A DNA stretch of 63,828 nt, counting the filler, from Octopus bimaculoides (Eukaryota), in the NCBI RefSeq assembly GCF_001194135.2. It is 5 parts of 5 records of this genome, joined end to end, with 100 filler letters (N's around TTAATTAATTAA, not from the genome) between each part and the next. Parts side by side here need not be neighbours in the genome. Positions count along the whole stretch, not along the records: positions 6,642 to 19,898 come from NC_069001.1; positions 19,999 to 49,994 come from NC_069002.1; 3 more parts are not named here. The stretch is one strand, 5' to 3'. The notes under the pieces were generated by a model. That model saw nothing but the letters and a program-made list of their open reading frames with translations, was not told the DNA's origin and searched no databases. Shown here one piece after another: positions 11,751-24,351 of this stretch. Each line of letters begins with the position of its first letter. The stretch's first letter is position 1. The position numbers were made by a program, and so were the translations under genes.

Positions 11751-11863
11751 AGTATATATGTACATACATAAGTGCATATATGTACGTCTGTTTAAATATT
11801 GTATTATATATTCATATGTATATATTTGCACACATATGTGTATGCATGTCTGCATTATCTATT

Positions 11864-11895
<32 letters not shown>

Positions 11896-12680
11896 TACTT
11901 TAGTTACTTATATCTATATATACGCACATATATATGTATATAGATGTGCATATGTATACACACACACACACACACACACACATATATTAATATTTACGAA
12001 CATGGCCGCTGCCAAAAATTCGATGCTAGTTACAGGAAGATGCATGTCCGTCGACCTATTCATGGACATGCGTATGTTTTTCTGTGTGTGTCGTGTACAA
12101 ACTCACAGACACACACACACACACACTCTAGGCACACACACACACACACACTCTAGGCACACACACACACACACACATTCACAACACATACACGCGCACA
12201 CTCAGAAGAACAAACAAAAAACATACACACGTACAAGTCATAATGATAACAGCCAGTCACAAAGAAAGAGAAAAACGAGAGAGATAGATAAATTGATTGA
12301 TAGACAGATAAAATTAGAGAGAGAGAGAGAGAAGGAGAGAGAGAGAGAGAAGGAGAGAGAGAGAGAGAGAGAGAAGGAGAGAGAGAGAGTAGGAAAGAGA
12401 AAGAGAGATAGCTAGGTAGATAGTGAGAGAAAGAAGGGGGCGATGTGGTGTCGAGGCGGTCGTCTGTTTCTCCCAGTTGTCTAAAGTACCTTCTGTTATC
12501 GACCCAGTCACGTGAACTGTCGGAAACAATAATAGACCACACCATTTTCTCTTATATTCTTCTCTTTATTATGCTGTAATATCTTTTGCTTTTTACCATT
12601 CCATTCTGGCACTAATTCTTCATATTCTTCTTGTTTTGTTTTACGTCACATATTACAACATATTATTCTCTAGCCTGTCA

Positions 12681-12902
12681 ATGTATGTATGTACGTACGT
12701 ATGTATGTATGTACGCATGTATGTATGTATGTATGTATGTATGTACGTACGTATGTATGTATGTACGCATGTATGTATGTATGTATGTATATATGTATGT
12801 ATGTATGTGCGTGTGTACGTATGTATGTACGCATGTATGTATGTATGTATGTATGTATGTATGTATGTATGTATGTATGTATGTTTGTATGTATGTATGT
12901 AT
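12681..12902. repeat. (TATG)n microsatellite
   Basis: Read directly. Confidence 0.95.
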
Positions 12903-13689
12903 GAATCTATCTATCTATCTGTTCGTCCGTCTGTCTGTATCTCTCTCTCTCTCNNNNNNNNNNNNNNNNNNNNNNNNNNNNNNNNNNNNNNNNNNNNNNN
13001 NNNNNNNNNNNNNNNNNNNNNNNNNNNNNNNNNNNNNNNNNNNNNNNNNNNNNNNNNNNNNNNNNNNNNNNNNNNNNNNNNNNNNNNNNNNNNNNNNNNN
13101 NNNNNNNNNNNNNNNNNNNNNNNNNNNNNNNNNNNNNNNNNNNNNNNNNNNNNNNNNNNNNNNNNNNNNNNNNNNNNNNNNNNNNNNNNNNNNNNNNNNN
13201 NNNNNCACCACCACCACCACCACCACCTCCCTCTCATTCTGTCCTTACTCCACTCACACTTCTCTCCCCACCCCTCCTCCCCGCCATCACTCATACTTTC
13301 CTATTCTCAGAATGTATTAATCTATGAAAACGATGAGCATCCTGTTGTTGTTGTTGTTGTTGTTAATCCTTCTGATGACCTCCATGTCGCTGCTGCTGCT
13401 GCCGTAGATGTTGTTCGTGCTGTTGATGGTGATGGTGGTGGTGGTGGTGTAGGTGACATGCTGTCGATGTTGCTTGCATTGTTGTTGTTGTTGTTCTTAT
13501 TGCTTTGTATTGTAATTGTCAGCAGTGTTGTTGATCGTTCTGTTATTGCTTTTGTTGTTGTTGCTGTAGTTATTAATATTTAGGTTGTCATTTTTTATTT
13601 GTCTTATTGTTATTGTATAACCCTAGGTTTGTTCAGATCCGTCAGTCCTTTTGACGTAGCAGTTGCATGTCAAATCGTGACCCACACAT

Positions 13690-13785
13690 CCATGACAGAG
13701 AAAGTTGAGCAGAGAATCAGCATCAAAATTTGCCAAAAGCTTGGTGCTACTTGCTCAGAGGCCGACGCAAAGTTTCCAAAAAGTT
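13690..13785 (+). mobile_element. Mariner transposase N-terminal fragment
   Basis: ATG at 13692 reads MTEKVEQRISIKICQKLGATCSEADAKF, matching the mariner N-terminal EQRxxIKFCxKLG HTH start. Confidence 0.8.
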
Positions 13786-14290
13786 TTCATCGTCCTCGAC
13801 ACAATCAAGAATATCTTGTGCAACTGAAACCCGTGTGTCTTTTTGGTGAAGTGAAAGCAATTTTGGTACAAACTTGGCAGACATGCGTCTCATACCCAAA
13901 TCTTCAGTGGTAATGGACCGAACTGAACCGTAACTAATCTGCACATCCTCTGATAACTCACGGATGGTGATTCAATAATTTCCCCTCACACCTGCATGCA
14001 CATCTGCTATGTTTTTCTCAGTTCTGCTGGTTGCGGGTCTCCCAGATCGACATTTTTTTCGGCCATCTTGGAAACGTCTGAACCACTCGTACACTTTTGT
14101 GCGGCTCATACAATCCTCTCTATACACTTTCTGCAATTTTACGTAGGCTTCTGAGCAGGTATCACCATGACAACTTTCTCTGTCATGGTCAATGCGACGA
14201 TCACACGCTACACACGTTCCTTCCAAGCACTGCTGTAAACAAGCAAGAACGTTTAAACGTAGTAAGGTTAATCTCTGCCAAGCGGCTTCA
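13770..14290 (-). mobile_element. Mariner transposase 5' remnant (paired-like DNA-binding domain and linker)
   Basis: GDTCSEAYVKLQKVYREDCMSRTKVYEWFRRFQDGR...RSGRPATSRTEKNI...ITIRELSEDVQISYGSVRSITTEDLGMRRMSAKFVPKLLS...DDENFLET. KFVPKLL corresponds to the WVPxxL linker motif. Confidence 0.92.
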
Positions 14291-14684
14291 CTCTGCATGC
14301 TTTAGCTTTGTTATTATGGCAACAGTCCGAATACTCATTGATCAAACTTCGTATAAAGCAGTTGTAGGTAAGGTGTGTTGTGGTGTCTACACACACACAC
14401 ATGAAATAAATAATGTGCAGAAGTTACGGAGTGGCACAAGGTAAGAGAGTTTCGTGCTCTGGCATTTATCAAACCCAGATAAGTGTCACTACACAAAACT
14501 CTCGGCCATCGATTCATCTAAGTTTCATCAGCGATTTCAACGGGGATTGTCTTTTGCCCCGCACAGTTGCCAAAACCACGACTATGCAACAGGTTTTACA
14601 AGGTTACAAGTAACACTTAGGAGCGACCTCTGTCTCTCTTTCTCTCTCTCACACACACAGAGGCACATGTATAGGTATGTATGC

Positions 14685-14750
<66 letters not shown>

Positions 14751-15816
14751 ACAAACATAAATGTCATGACTCATCATTGTTGAAGGAACGGTACAACATC
14801 AAATAATCTTAATATCCTCGTCTATAAATTGAGTCCAATTTCTACCTTTTCCTATAAACTATTCCATGTATGTATGTATGTATGTGTGTATGTATGTATG
14901 TATGTATGTGTGTGTGTGTGTGTGTGCATGTGTGTCTGTATATTTTTACTATGTTTTTAAGTGTATATATAAATGTATATATATGTATGTATGCATGTAT
15001 ATATGTGCGTATATATATATTTACATATATATATATATTGAGAGAGAGAGAGAGAGAAAGAGAGTGAAAGAAAGAAAGAAAGAAAGAGAGAAAGAATGAA
15101 AAAAGACAGCTGGATAAACGACGGATGCATAGGTAGATAGACAGGGGGAGGAGAGTAGAGAGAGAGAGAGAGGGAGGGTGAGGAAGGTAGAATCGATTTT
15201 GCCAAGTTCGCTCCTCCCCTTCTCCCTTACTCCCCCGCCCCACAGGCCATTTATCTCTTCATCTAACAGGTCTTCACGAAATCTCCCAGCTCCAATAACA
15301 TCGAAACATTAATCCTGAGAGTTTTTACACGATGTCGGAGTTCGGGGAGGAGTATGGGAGGTGAAAAAGGATCCAGAGTGCGGTGAGAGAGAGAAGGACA
15401 CGTACATGCATACATACACACACACATACGTATATACATACATATATGCACACATGCGTACATATACACATATGCATGCATATAGGCATACATACATTCA
15501 TACATACACACGCACACATCAATACACACACACGTATATATACACATATGCACATACATCTACACATGCATACATAGACACAAGCATAAGTATATATACA
15601 CACACACACACATATATGTATACAGGCATGCATAAAGGGTGGAAGTGAGTGTGTGTGCATGTGTGTGTGTGTGAGGGGGGGATGTGTTAGAGATGAGCCA
15701 AAGTAGAATGCGACATAAATCTGGTCTATTAACGAGAATCTGGGCAGGTCTAATACGTTATCACCGGAGGAACATGTCACGAGTCACGTAGGCCAAACGA
15801 TCACACACTTTCGCCA

Positions 15817-16280
15817 AGGTGGTGGTGGTCGTCGTGGTGAGGTTGGTGGCCGTTATCGTTGTCTCCGTGGAATTGGTCGTGCTGGTTGTGGTGATATTTG
15901 TGGTCGTGGTCATAGTGGTCGTTGTGCCCACGGTGGTAGTTTTGGTGGTGGTGGTGGTGGTGATCGCCATCGTCATCGACGTCGTGATAGTGGTAGTGGT
16001 GGTGGTGGTGGAGATAGTGGTGGTTATAGTAACGGCGGTGGTGATATTAGGGGTTGTGGAGGTCGTGTTGTTCACAGTTGTAGGGGTGACAGTAGTGGTG
16101 GTGATAGTGGTGGCGGTGGTAGTAGTGATGATTGCATTGTTGATAGCGGTGATAGTAGTCGTGGTAGCTGTCATCGTCGTGGTAATGGTAGTGATGGTGG
16201 TGGTGATAACAGTGGTGAAGGCGGTGGTAGTTGTTATTGTTGTGGTGAAGGTGGCGCTAGTTGTACTGGTTGTTGTTACT
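15817..16280. repeat. Frame-preserving degenerate (GTN)n triplet tract
   Basis: About 460 bp of GTG/GTA/GTT/GTC/GAT triplets. Reads as poly-Val on + and poly-Thr on -. Confidence 0.85.
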
Positions 16281-16404
16281 TTCGTCCGTCGCCGTATTTC
16301 GATCCCGGGTCAGGGATCTCTTCAAAATACTTTTGTTTTTGGATGGGATACTGCATTTTCATTTCCTTTTATGTAAAACTGTCGTATTTAGCCCGAACAC
16401 CCTG

Positions 16405-16450
<46 letters not shown>

Positions 16451-16805
16451 CTCTCTCTCCCTCTCTGCTTGATGTTAATTTATATTAATCTCATGACAAT
16501 GCATAAGACCTTGAGGGAAAATTAAAATACATTTACAGTTAAACCTAGAGAAATGTTAAGAAAATGACATTTAATATCTAATCCGGGTCAAAATCACTGT
16601 CTTGGTGCTTTTTAATACCTCATGTAAGTCGACAATGCTGTAGCATGGCCCGTCTTTCAGACGCAATCTCAAGTGGAATTCTACAACGTTTTCGTGTTAC
16701 ATTTGACATTTCTTAAAACTGAAACAAGGCCAGTAAAATCTGCTTTTAATGCTCACAAAAGATATTGTATGTCAAAAGCAAAGAGTTTACAAATATCTAT
16801 GACAT

Positions 16806-17140
16806 ACAGGGTTCATTGAAATCTGTGGCACGGTATAGTATTTAACATTTTAATAAGAACCAAAAAAGTCATATGTTAATGAGCCAAGCTTTGTATATAC
16901 AAATGAAGCAACGTGATTGTTCAAATCCTTAGTGATTTTGGATTTGTAAGTAATGTATGTGGGGACAGTTAAAGAGGGTACTCAGTTGCCGACTGTGTGG
17001 AGGATCAAAGAGAATTTTCACTTGGCGATGATGTTCTATTACATGTTTGTAACTAGTTCGGTTCATTTCTTTTCTGTTTACAAAATAGTGTTAATACAGG
17101 CCAGATATTTACATTTGTTTATAGCTAGAGTGATGGCTAA
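16806..17140 (+). mobile_element. Possible old Tc1/mariner-superfamily remnant
   Basis: TA-CAGGGT start, and an internal frame reading MWGQLKRV that resembles the post-catalytic WGxLKxxV motif. No clear right TIR. Confidence 0.3.
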
Positions 17141-17221
17141 AACCCATAAAATATATATGTATATATAAGTATATGTATGTATTTATGTATCTATGAGTGT
17201 ATATATTTATATATATATATG

Positions 17222-17274
<53 letters not shown>

Positions 17275-17404
17275 NNNNNNNNNNNNNNNNNNNNNATATA
17301 TATTTGTATATGTATGTATTTATGTATGTATGAGTGTATATATGTATATATATATGTGTGTATATATATATATTTGTATATGTATGTATGTACACAAATA
17401 TGAG

Positions 17405-17447
<43 letters not shown>

Positions 17448-17679
17448 TTGTACACATATGTATATGCTAGCATGTTTGCATACATGTGCATATGTATATA
17501 GCAGCGCATATATATATGTATGTGTGCATGTAAATATGCGTGTGCGTGTACGTGTGACTATGGGAATTGCTATATGTGTGTGCATCTAAGTACGTTCACA
17601 CAAAATTAACTGTAAATATTGATGCCATTCAATAAGGAACGCTGACGTACAAATGCACACAAACATCCCTATGCACACG

Positions 17680-17749
<70 letters not shown>

Positions 17750-17761
17750 TATATATATATA

Positions 17762-17793
17762 CAGGGTGATGCAAAAGTAGGTGTACAGTTATG
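17762..17793 (+). mobile_element. Solo mariner-like TIR abutting (TA)n
   Basis: TA|CAGGGTGATGCAAAAGTAGGTGTACAGTT resembles CAGGGTG..GCAAAAGTAGGTTTACAGTT-type mariner ends (from memory). Confidence 0.4.
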
Positions 17794-17877
17794 AAAAAAA
17801 AAAAAAAAGAAAACACGTACAATACTGATTTATTTTTAACAAAAAGACTTCAAGTTACTATAAAAGTATTCTTTTCT

Positions 17878-18085
17878 ATTCAAGGCACACGGCCCGAAAT
17901 TTGTGGGGAGGGGGCCAGTAGATTAGATCGACCCCATTAACCAACTGGTACTTAATTTATCGACCCAGAAAGGATTAAAAGGTAAAGTCGACCTCGGCGG
18001 AATTTGAACTCAGAGAGTTAAGACAGACGAAATACTGCTCAGCACTTTGGCAGGCGCGCTAACGACTCTGCCAGCTCACTGCCTC
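17878..18085 (-). mobile_element. SINE family C, full length
   Basis: Sense strand: aggcagtgagctggcagagtcgttag (A-box-like), gagttcaaattccgccgaggtcgactttacc (B-box), ggtcgataaattaagtacc, tail gggccgtgtgcctt. Confidence 0.92.
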
Positions 18086-18267
18086 GCTCCGAGGCGTCTT
18101 ACTATGATTAATGACACTGCAAGGATCAGAAATGAGGCTAATTTAAGGTGCTAATAATTTTGATGAAGTAAGTATTATAACGTCGATGTGATACTTACTG
18201 TATACCTACTTCTGCTCCCCCTGTGTGTGCGTGTGTGCATATGTGTGTGTTTGTATATACACACTCG

Positions 18268-18300
<33 letters not shown>

Positions 18301-18589
18301 GTATATATGTGTATATATATATAGGTAATGTGAGAATGTATATGACTTCATATCAACTTATATTTCATTTCATATCCCAATAGGTTTAAACATTTCCAAT
18401 AGATATTTCAACAGAGAGATGTAAAGAATGATATATATATATATATAACGCATATATATATATGTACAGACATACACACATATGTATACGTATATATATA
18501 TGACTACATACATGTTTATATACATATATATATATATATATATACGTACATATATACGTACATATATATACGTACATATATATACATAC

Positions 18590-18629
<40 letters not shown>

Positions 18630-18974
18630 NNNNNNNNNNTATATATATATACGTACATATATACGTACATATATACGTACATCATCTAGATATAAATATA
18701 TACATAACAACATGTATGTGCATATGCACATACGTTATAGAAACATAATGTATGTATATATATGTATATGTGTGTACGTATGTATGTACGTATATATGTG
18801 TATATGTATGTGTATATTACACACGCGCATTATATAAAATATATATGTCTGTGTATATGTAAGATTTACTCCATGAAACCTCGCAAGGCGCTAGTCCGAG
18901 TATCAGGTTTCTATTCGTCAGTTTTTATTAAATAAGGGGCTGTGTAGCTCTTTATTGAAAGCCTGTTCATACAC

Positions 18975-19015
<41 letters not shown>

Positions 19016-19112
19016 TACATATACACGCATACTTCTATATTTAGATGATGCAGTCCATATTTATATGTATATGTGTGTATATACACACACTTGCATACAT
19101 ATATACGTATAT

Positions 19113-19156
<44 letters not shown>

Positions 19157-19859
19157 TACACACACACACACACACGCACACATACACACACATGCACATG
19201 CATACACACTCACACACATAAACATAGATAGGTGCATATATACACACACATAGGTCCCTACGCATACACACATACGCTCATATATATGCATATACATATG
19301 TACACACAGGTATATTAGAAACGCATGCGCACGCACAGTCCTTCATGTACGTATATAGTCATGGATGTACTTTACGGTTTCTTCTGTATGCATACATTTA
19401 TGTGCATGTACGCGCATGCGCTTGCGTGTGTTTATATGTCTACTTATATATGTATGTGTATATATATATATACATATATATACACACACGTATGCGTGTG
19501 TGTGTCTGTGTGTGTCTGTGTGTGTGTGCGTGTGTATTCTATTCTTTTACGTCAGATCTAAATTTACTTTCAGCCATGTTCTGCAGTTTTTTTGTCTTTT
19601 ATTCTTATTTCTTTAACATGTTTTTTTGTTGCATAGATTTACTGCATTGTTGCACACACACAGATGCACTCACATGCACGCTCGCACACATGCACACACA
19701 CACGTCTACACACATCTACATACGTACACACATGCACATCCACAACGGCCGCGCACTTACAGATACGTATCTACACTGTTCCTCAGAAAAATGCAATGAA
19801 ATACCGACGCATTTACACACAGACATACACGCATATTTACATACACACACATATGTAAG

Positions 19860-19898
<39 letters not shown>

Positions 19899-20394
19899 NN
19901 NNNNNNNNNNNNNNNNNNNNNNNNNNNNNNNNNNNNNNNNNNTTAATTAATTAANNNNNNNNNNNNNNNNNNNNNNNNNNNNNNNNNNNNNNNNNNNNAT
20001 ATATATATATATACATTAAGTACATAGATATGTTTTAGCAATCACGTCTAAGATCATGCTATACAGACACACAGATACACGCATATATCAATGCATATAT
20101 TCGTAGCTATATACATATACAGACGTATGTATATATGTATGTTTATATTTGAATTCTTTTGTAGCATCTCAATACTGTTTGAGATCAAATAAAGAGCAAA
20201 ATGTAAAGAATAAAACGGAAAGGAAGAATTAAAAGAGTTAAAAGATGCAAAATTCCGATGATGTCGCGATTAAAATAAATACAGATATAGGAAATGGGTG
20301 TAAATGGCGTACATTAGAAACGGCAACAACAACAACAACAACAACGACATGGATGACAACAACCACAAAATAATATGATTTAATCATTTGTACT

Positions 20395-20612
20395 TATAGG
20401 CACAAGGCCTGAATTTTTTTTTGGGGGGTGGGGTGGAGGGAGCAAGAACTAGTCGATTTCTTTGACGCAAATCTTCCACTGGTACTTATTTTATCGACCC
20501 CGAAAGGATGAAAGGCAAAGTTGACCTCGTCGACATTATTCGAAATCGAAACAGAAATGCCGCTAAGCATTTTGTCCCGCATCCTATCGATTCTGCCAAC
20601 TTACCGACTTTT
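20395..20612 (-). mobile_element. SINE family C, diverged
   Basis: ataggcacaaggcctg...ctggtacttattttatcgaccccgaaaggatgaaaggcaaagttgacctcg...gattctgccaac. Confidence 0.88.
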
Positions 20613-20614
20613 CA

Positions 20615-20683
<69 letters not shown>

Positions 20684-20689
20684 GGTACT

Positions 20690-20920
20690 ACTGTATATGT
20701 GATTTCAAATTTTAAAATTTTAAAACAAACACATAATTTTCTTATGGTTTCTTAAACATTCACTAGAACAACACTATGTACAAATCCAAATATATGGTAC
20801 CCTAGGCATAACACCTACATGAGCTTCTAATTCGTTGTCTTTTGAGATCTCTGGGTGAGACTTGGATCCGACTTGTACAAATGCAAAGCAAAAGTCAAAC
20901 ATAAAATAATAATAATAATT
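20690..20920 (+). mobile_element. 5'-truncated non-LTR 3' UTR-like copy between (AAT)n tracts
   Basis: Unique-looking segment ending gagatctctgggtgagacttgg...aagtcaaacataaaataataataat, flanked on both sides by (AAT)n. The R4/Dong assignment is inferred from target context and recollection. Confidence 0.5.
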
Positions 20921-21070
20921 TCTTTTATTTGCCACCTGGACGAAGGATGTGGAGGATAATAAATACAAAGCGAGGCATAAAGTGTGGAGGCTTACATATA
21001 ATAGAATAATAAAAGAAAGAAGAGTATAGACGATATACCTTAAAAGAAGGGAAGTATACACAGTACACGG
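20921..21070 (-). mobile_element. Repeat family F 3'-end-like fragment
   Basis: Sense strand ends ggtggcaaataaaagaa, as do 24854-24938 (-) and 51899-51958 (+). Confidence 0.4.
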
Positions 21071-21089
21071 TACTAAGAAAAATAATAAG

Positions 21090-21420
21090 GTAACAGATGC
21101 TTGGTACCGATATACACCGGAAAAGGTAATGGACGAAAAGGAGAAGGCAAACATCTTCTGGGACTTTGACTTCCAGACAGACAAGGTGTTAGAGCACCGA
21201 AGGCCGGATATAGTAACCTTTTGGAGGAACAAATAAGAGTGCTTAATAACCGACGTTGCAGTGCCACGAGATCAATATATTATCGTGAAAGAAAAGAAAA
21301 AGATCGATAAATATGAAGATCTGGGAATTGAGATTACCAAGATTTGGCAGCTACGAGAGACAAACATAAAGGTTATACTTGTTGTCATCGGAACAATGGG
21401 CTCAATACCACAATCTGGTG
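21090..21420 (+). mobile_element. R4/Dong-clade restriction-like endonuclease (RLE) remnant
   Basis: WYRYTPEKVMDEKEKANIFWDFDFQTDKVLEHRRPDIV...*ECLITDVAVPRD...KEKKKIDKYEDLGIEITKIW...VILVVIGTMG contains the RPD..D..K..KY RLE signature. Confidence 0.93.
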
Positions 21421-21436
21421 AAACATCTGGAAACTT

Positions 21437-21441
21437 TATTA

Positions 21442-21514
<73 letters not shown>

Positions 21515-21952
21515 CATTATTATTATTATTATTACTGAGTGAGTGAAAGAGCAGTGCATGCCATCAAAGTGATACTGGGGTACAAATATACGAAGCCCAA
21601 TACACCCATCATGATTACCCGTCTGAGATGAGTACATCAGGCACATGCATCACAATCATAATGCATGACATGGTGATCTCATATCAGGATAAACAACGCA
21701 TGACCTTGCAGGTCGGGCTCAGTTAGAATTTTTTTTAGGTCGAGTAGCCCATCCTGCTCAAAAGGTCCCTGAATAAGAGTTGTTTAAGGATGTTGAACGA
21801 AACACCCATGCTTCCAGAGGTGAATTATTCAAACCCCAAAGAATCCCTCTCAACACATGGCTATGATGCTCCCCCACTACTTCTGCTCGTGATCAGGGAT
21901 GCTCATGTCGTCAGCCACCAAAGGACATGCTCAATAGGTCTTTGATCATTCT
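21437..21952 (-). mobile_element. Repeat family E 3' part with (AAT)n tail
   Basis: Aligns with 5460-5572. Sense strand ends gatggcatgcactgctctttcactcactcag followed by ~100 bp of (TAA)n. It may be a SINE or a LINE 3' UTR. Confidence 0.75.
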
Positions 21953-21993
21953 TATTGTTAACATATTATTATAATAATAATAATAATTATTAT

Positions 21994-22225
21994 TATTATT
22001 GTTCAGTAGTTTTATTTTTATAACGTGCTTTCACTTCACTACCGAGCGCAGCTCTGTGCGCCTTGAGTATGTGCTGTGGTTTGCTGTGGTGCTCTTATGT
22101 TTACTGTATTGAAAGTGTTTTGCGTAGAATGTGTGCAGTACCCAGTAGTGCAATTTTCTGTATGTTATATATATTTGTAAGTCCTGGTGTTTTTGTTATG
22201 TATTTGTCTGAATATTTTTTTATTA
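21994..22225 (-). mobile_element. R4/Dong-clade 3' end (ORF C-terminus, 3' UTR, (AAT)n tail)
   Basis: Minus frame KYSDKYITKTPGLTNIYNIQKIALLGTAHILRKTLSIQ* (stop at 22101-22103) is the typical QKxALLGTAHILRK terminus. (TAA)n lies on both sides in sense orientation. Confidence 0.9.
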
Positions 22226-22236
22226 TTATTTTATTA

Positions 22237-22284
<48 letters not shown>

Positions 22285-22555
22285 CATCATCATTGCCATC
22301 ACCGTCGTCGTCGTCGTTATCAACGTCATCGTCGTCATCGTCGTCGTCGTCGTCGTCTTCGTCGTCGTCGTCGTCGTCATCATCATCATCATCATCAGCG
22401 TCATCATCAAGTCTATAATAGCTTGCGTAAAGGAAATATTCCAAGCGATTTCTGTCTTGTGGCAAAAACAAGAGGATGTTAGGAAGAGAGAAATGAAGGA
22501 AGAAACAACATGAATAGAAGGTAACAACCACAAGACTTCCACACTACTACTACTT

Positions 22556-22622
<67 letters not shown>

Positions 22623-23881
22623 TACTACTAAATGTAATGACAGCGATAATAATGTTAATCGTGTATTTAAAACAAGTTATGACAGTGATTACGTGAGCAA
22701 TATTATACAAGGTTAGACAATCGATATAACCACAGCGATCAAAAGACATGGATTTATGCATAAGTCCGTACACACACGGATATTTGCATACACACACACA
22801 TACACACTCACACGCACATATATATACATATATATACATATATATATATATATATANNNNNNNNNNNNNNNNNNNNNNNNNNNNNNNNNNNNNNNNNNNN
22901 NNNNNNNNNNNNNNNNNNNNNNNNNNNNNNNNNNNNNNNNNNNNNNNNNNNNNNNNNNNNNNNNNNNNNNNNNNNNNNNNNNNNNNNNNNNNNNNNNNNN
23001 NNNNNNNNNNNNNNNNNNNNNNNNNNNNNNNNNNNNNNNNNNNNNNNNNNNNNNNNNNNNNNNNNNNNNNNNNNNNNNNNNNNNNNNNNNNNNNNNNNNN
23101 NNNNNNNNNNNNNNNNNNNNNNNNNNNNNNNNNNNNNNNNNNNNNNNNNNNNNNNNNNNNNNNNNNNNNNNNNNNNNNNNNNNNNNNNNNNNNNNNNNNN
23201 NNNNNNNNNNNNNNNNNNNNNNNNNNNNNNNNNNNNNNNNNNNNNNNNNNNNNNNNNNNNNNNNNNNNNNNNNNNNNNNNNNNNNNNNNNNNNNNNNNNN
23301 NNNNNNNNNNNNNNNNNNNNNNNNNNNNNNNNNNNNNNNNNNNNNNNNNNNNNNNNNNNNNNNNNNNNNNNNNNNNNNNNNNNNNNNNNNNNNNNNNNNN
23401 NNNNNNNNNNNNNNNNNNNNNNNNNNNNNNNNNNNNNNNNNNNNNNNNNNNNNNNNNNNNNNNNNNNNNNNNNNNNNNNNNNNNNNNNNNNNNNNNNNNN
23501 NNNNNNNNNNNNNNNNNNNNNNNNNNNNNNNNNNNNNNNNNNNNNNNNNNNNNNNNNNNNNNNNNNNNNNNNNNNNNNNNNNNNNNNNNNNNNNNNNNNN
23601 NNNNNNNNNNNNNNNNNNNNNNNNNNNNNNNNNNNNNNNNNNNNNNNNNNNNNNNNNNNNNNNNNNNNNNNNNNNNNNNNNNNNNNNNNNNNNNNNNNNN
23701 NNNNNNNNNNNNNNNNNNNNNNNNNNNNNNNNNNNNNNNNNNNNNNNNNNNNNNNNNNNNNNNNNNNNNNNNNNNNNNNNNNNTCAAAAGGGATCGAAAA
23801 AAAAAAAGAAAAGGAAAGGCCGATCAATAGGGATCGTGTATCACACAGTAATGTTCTCGTGTAAAAAGCGGGGAGGACAGT

Positions 23882-23935
<54 letters not shown>

Positions 23936-23936
23936 T

Positions 23937-23970
<34 letters not shown>

Positions 23971-24320
23971 CGATAGATAGATAGGTAGGTAGGTAGGTTG
24001 ATAGATAGTTAACGTGGACTTAGAGAATACAATTTTATTTCGGCTGAAAGAAATGCGTAAATATTGATAGTGCACAACTACTTAATAAGTCGACGGTGCT
24101 ATGACGCTGTGAATTGAATAATGAAGATATATTAACGTGCAGAATTTCCATGAAGAGGATATGCAATATTAGGTGAGTCGGTGTATGGAAAATATGCGCG
24201 CTCGCGTATGATGTTTTGCATAGTATAGTACGTGGACATATATAGATGTAGATATGTATATATGCATGTGGGTGTGTAATACACACACACACACACACAC
24301 ACAAATATATNNNNNNNNNN

Positions 24321-24351
<31 letters not shown>

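Noticed and set aside
12490-12516. 27-nt minus-strand micro-exon candidate (gacag/...agaag/gtactt)
   Set aside because: The donor is weak, the peptide is unrecognised, and an equally good acceptor exists on the opposite strand; consistent with chance.
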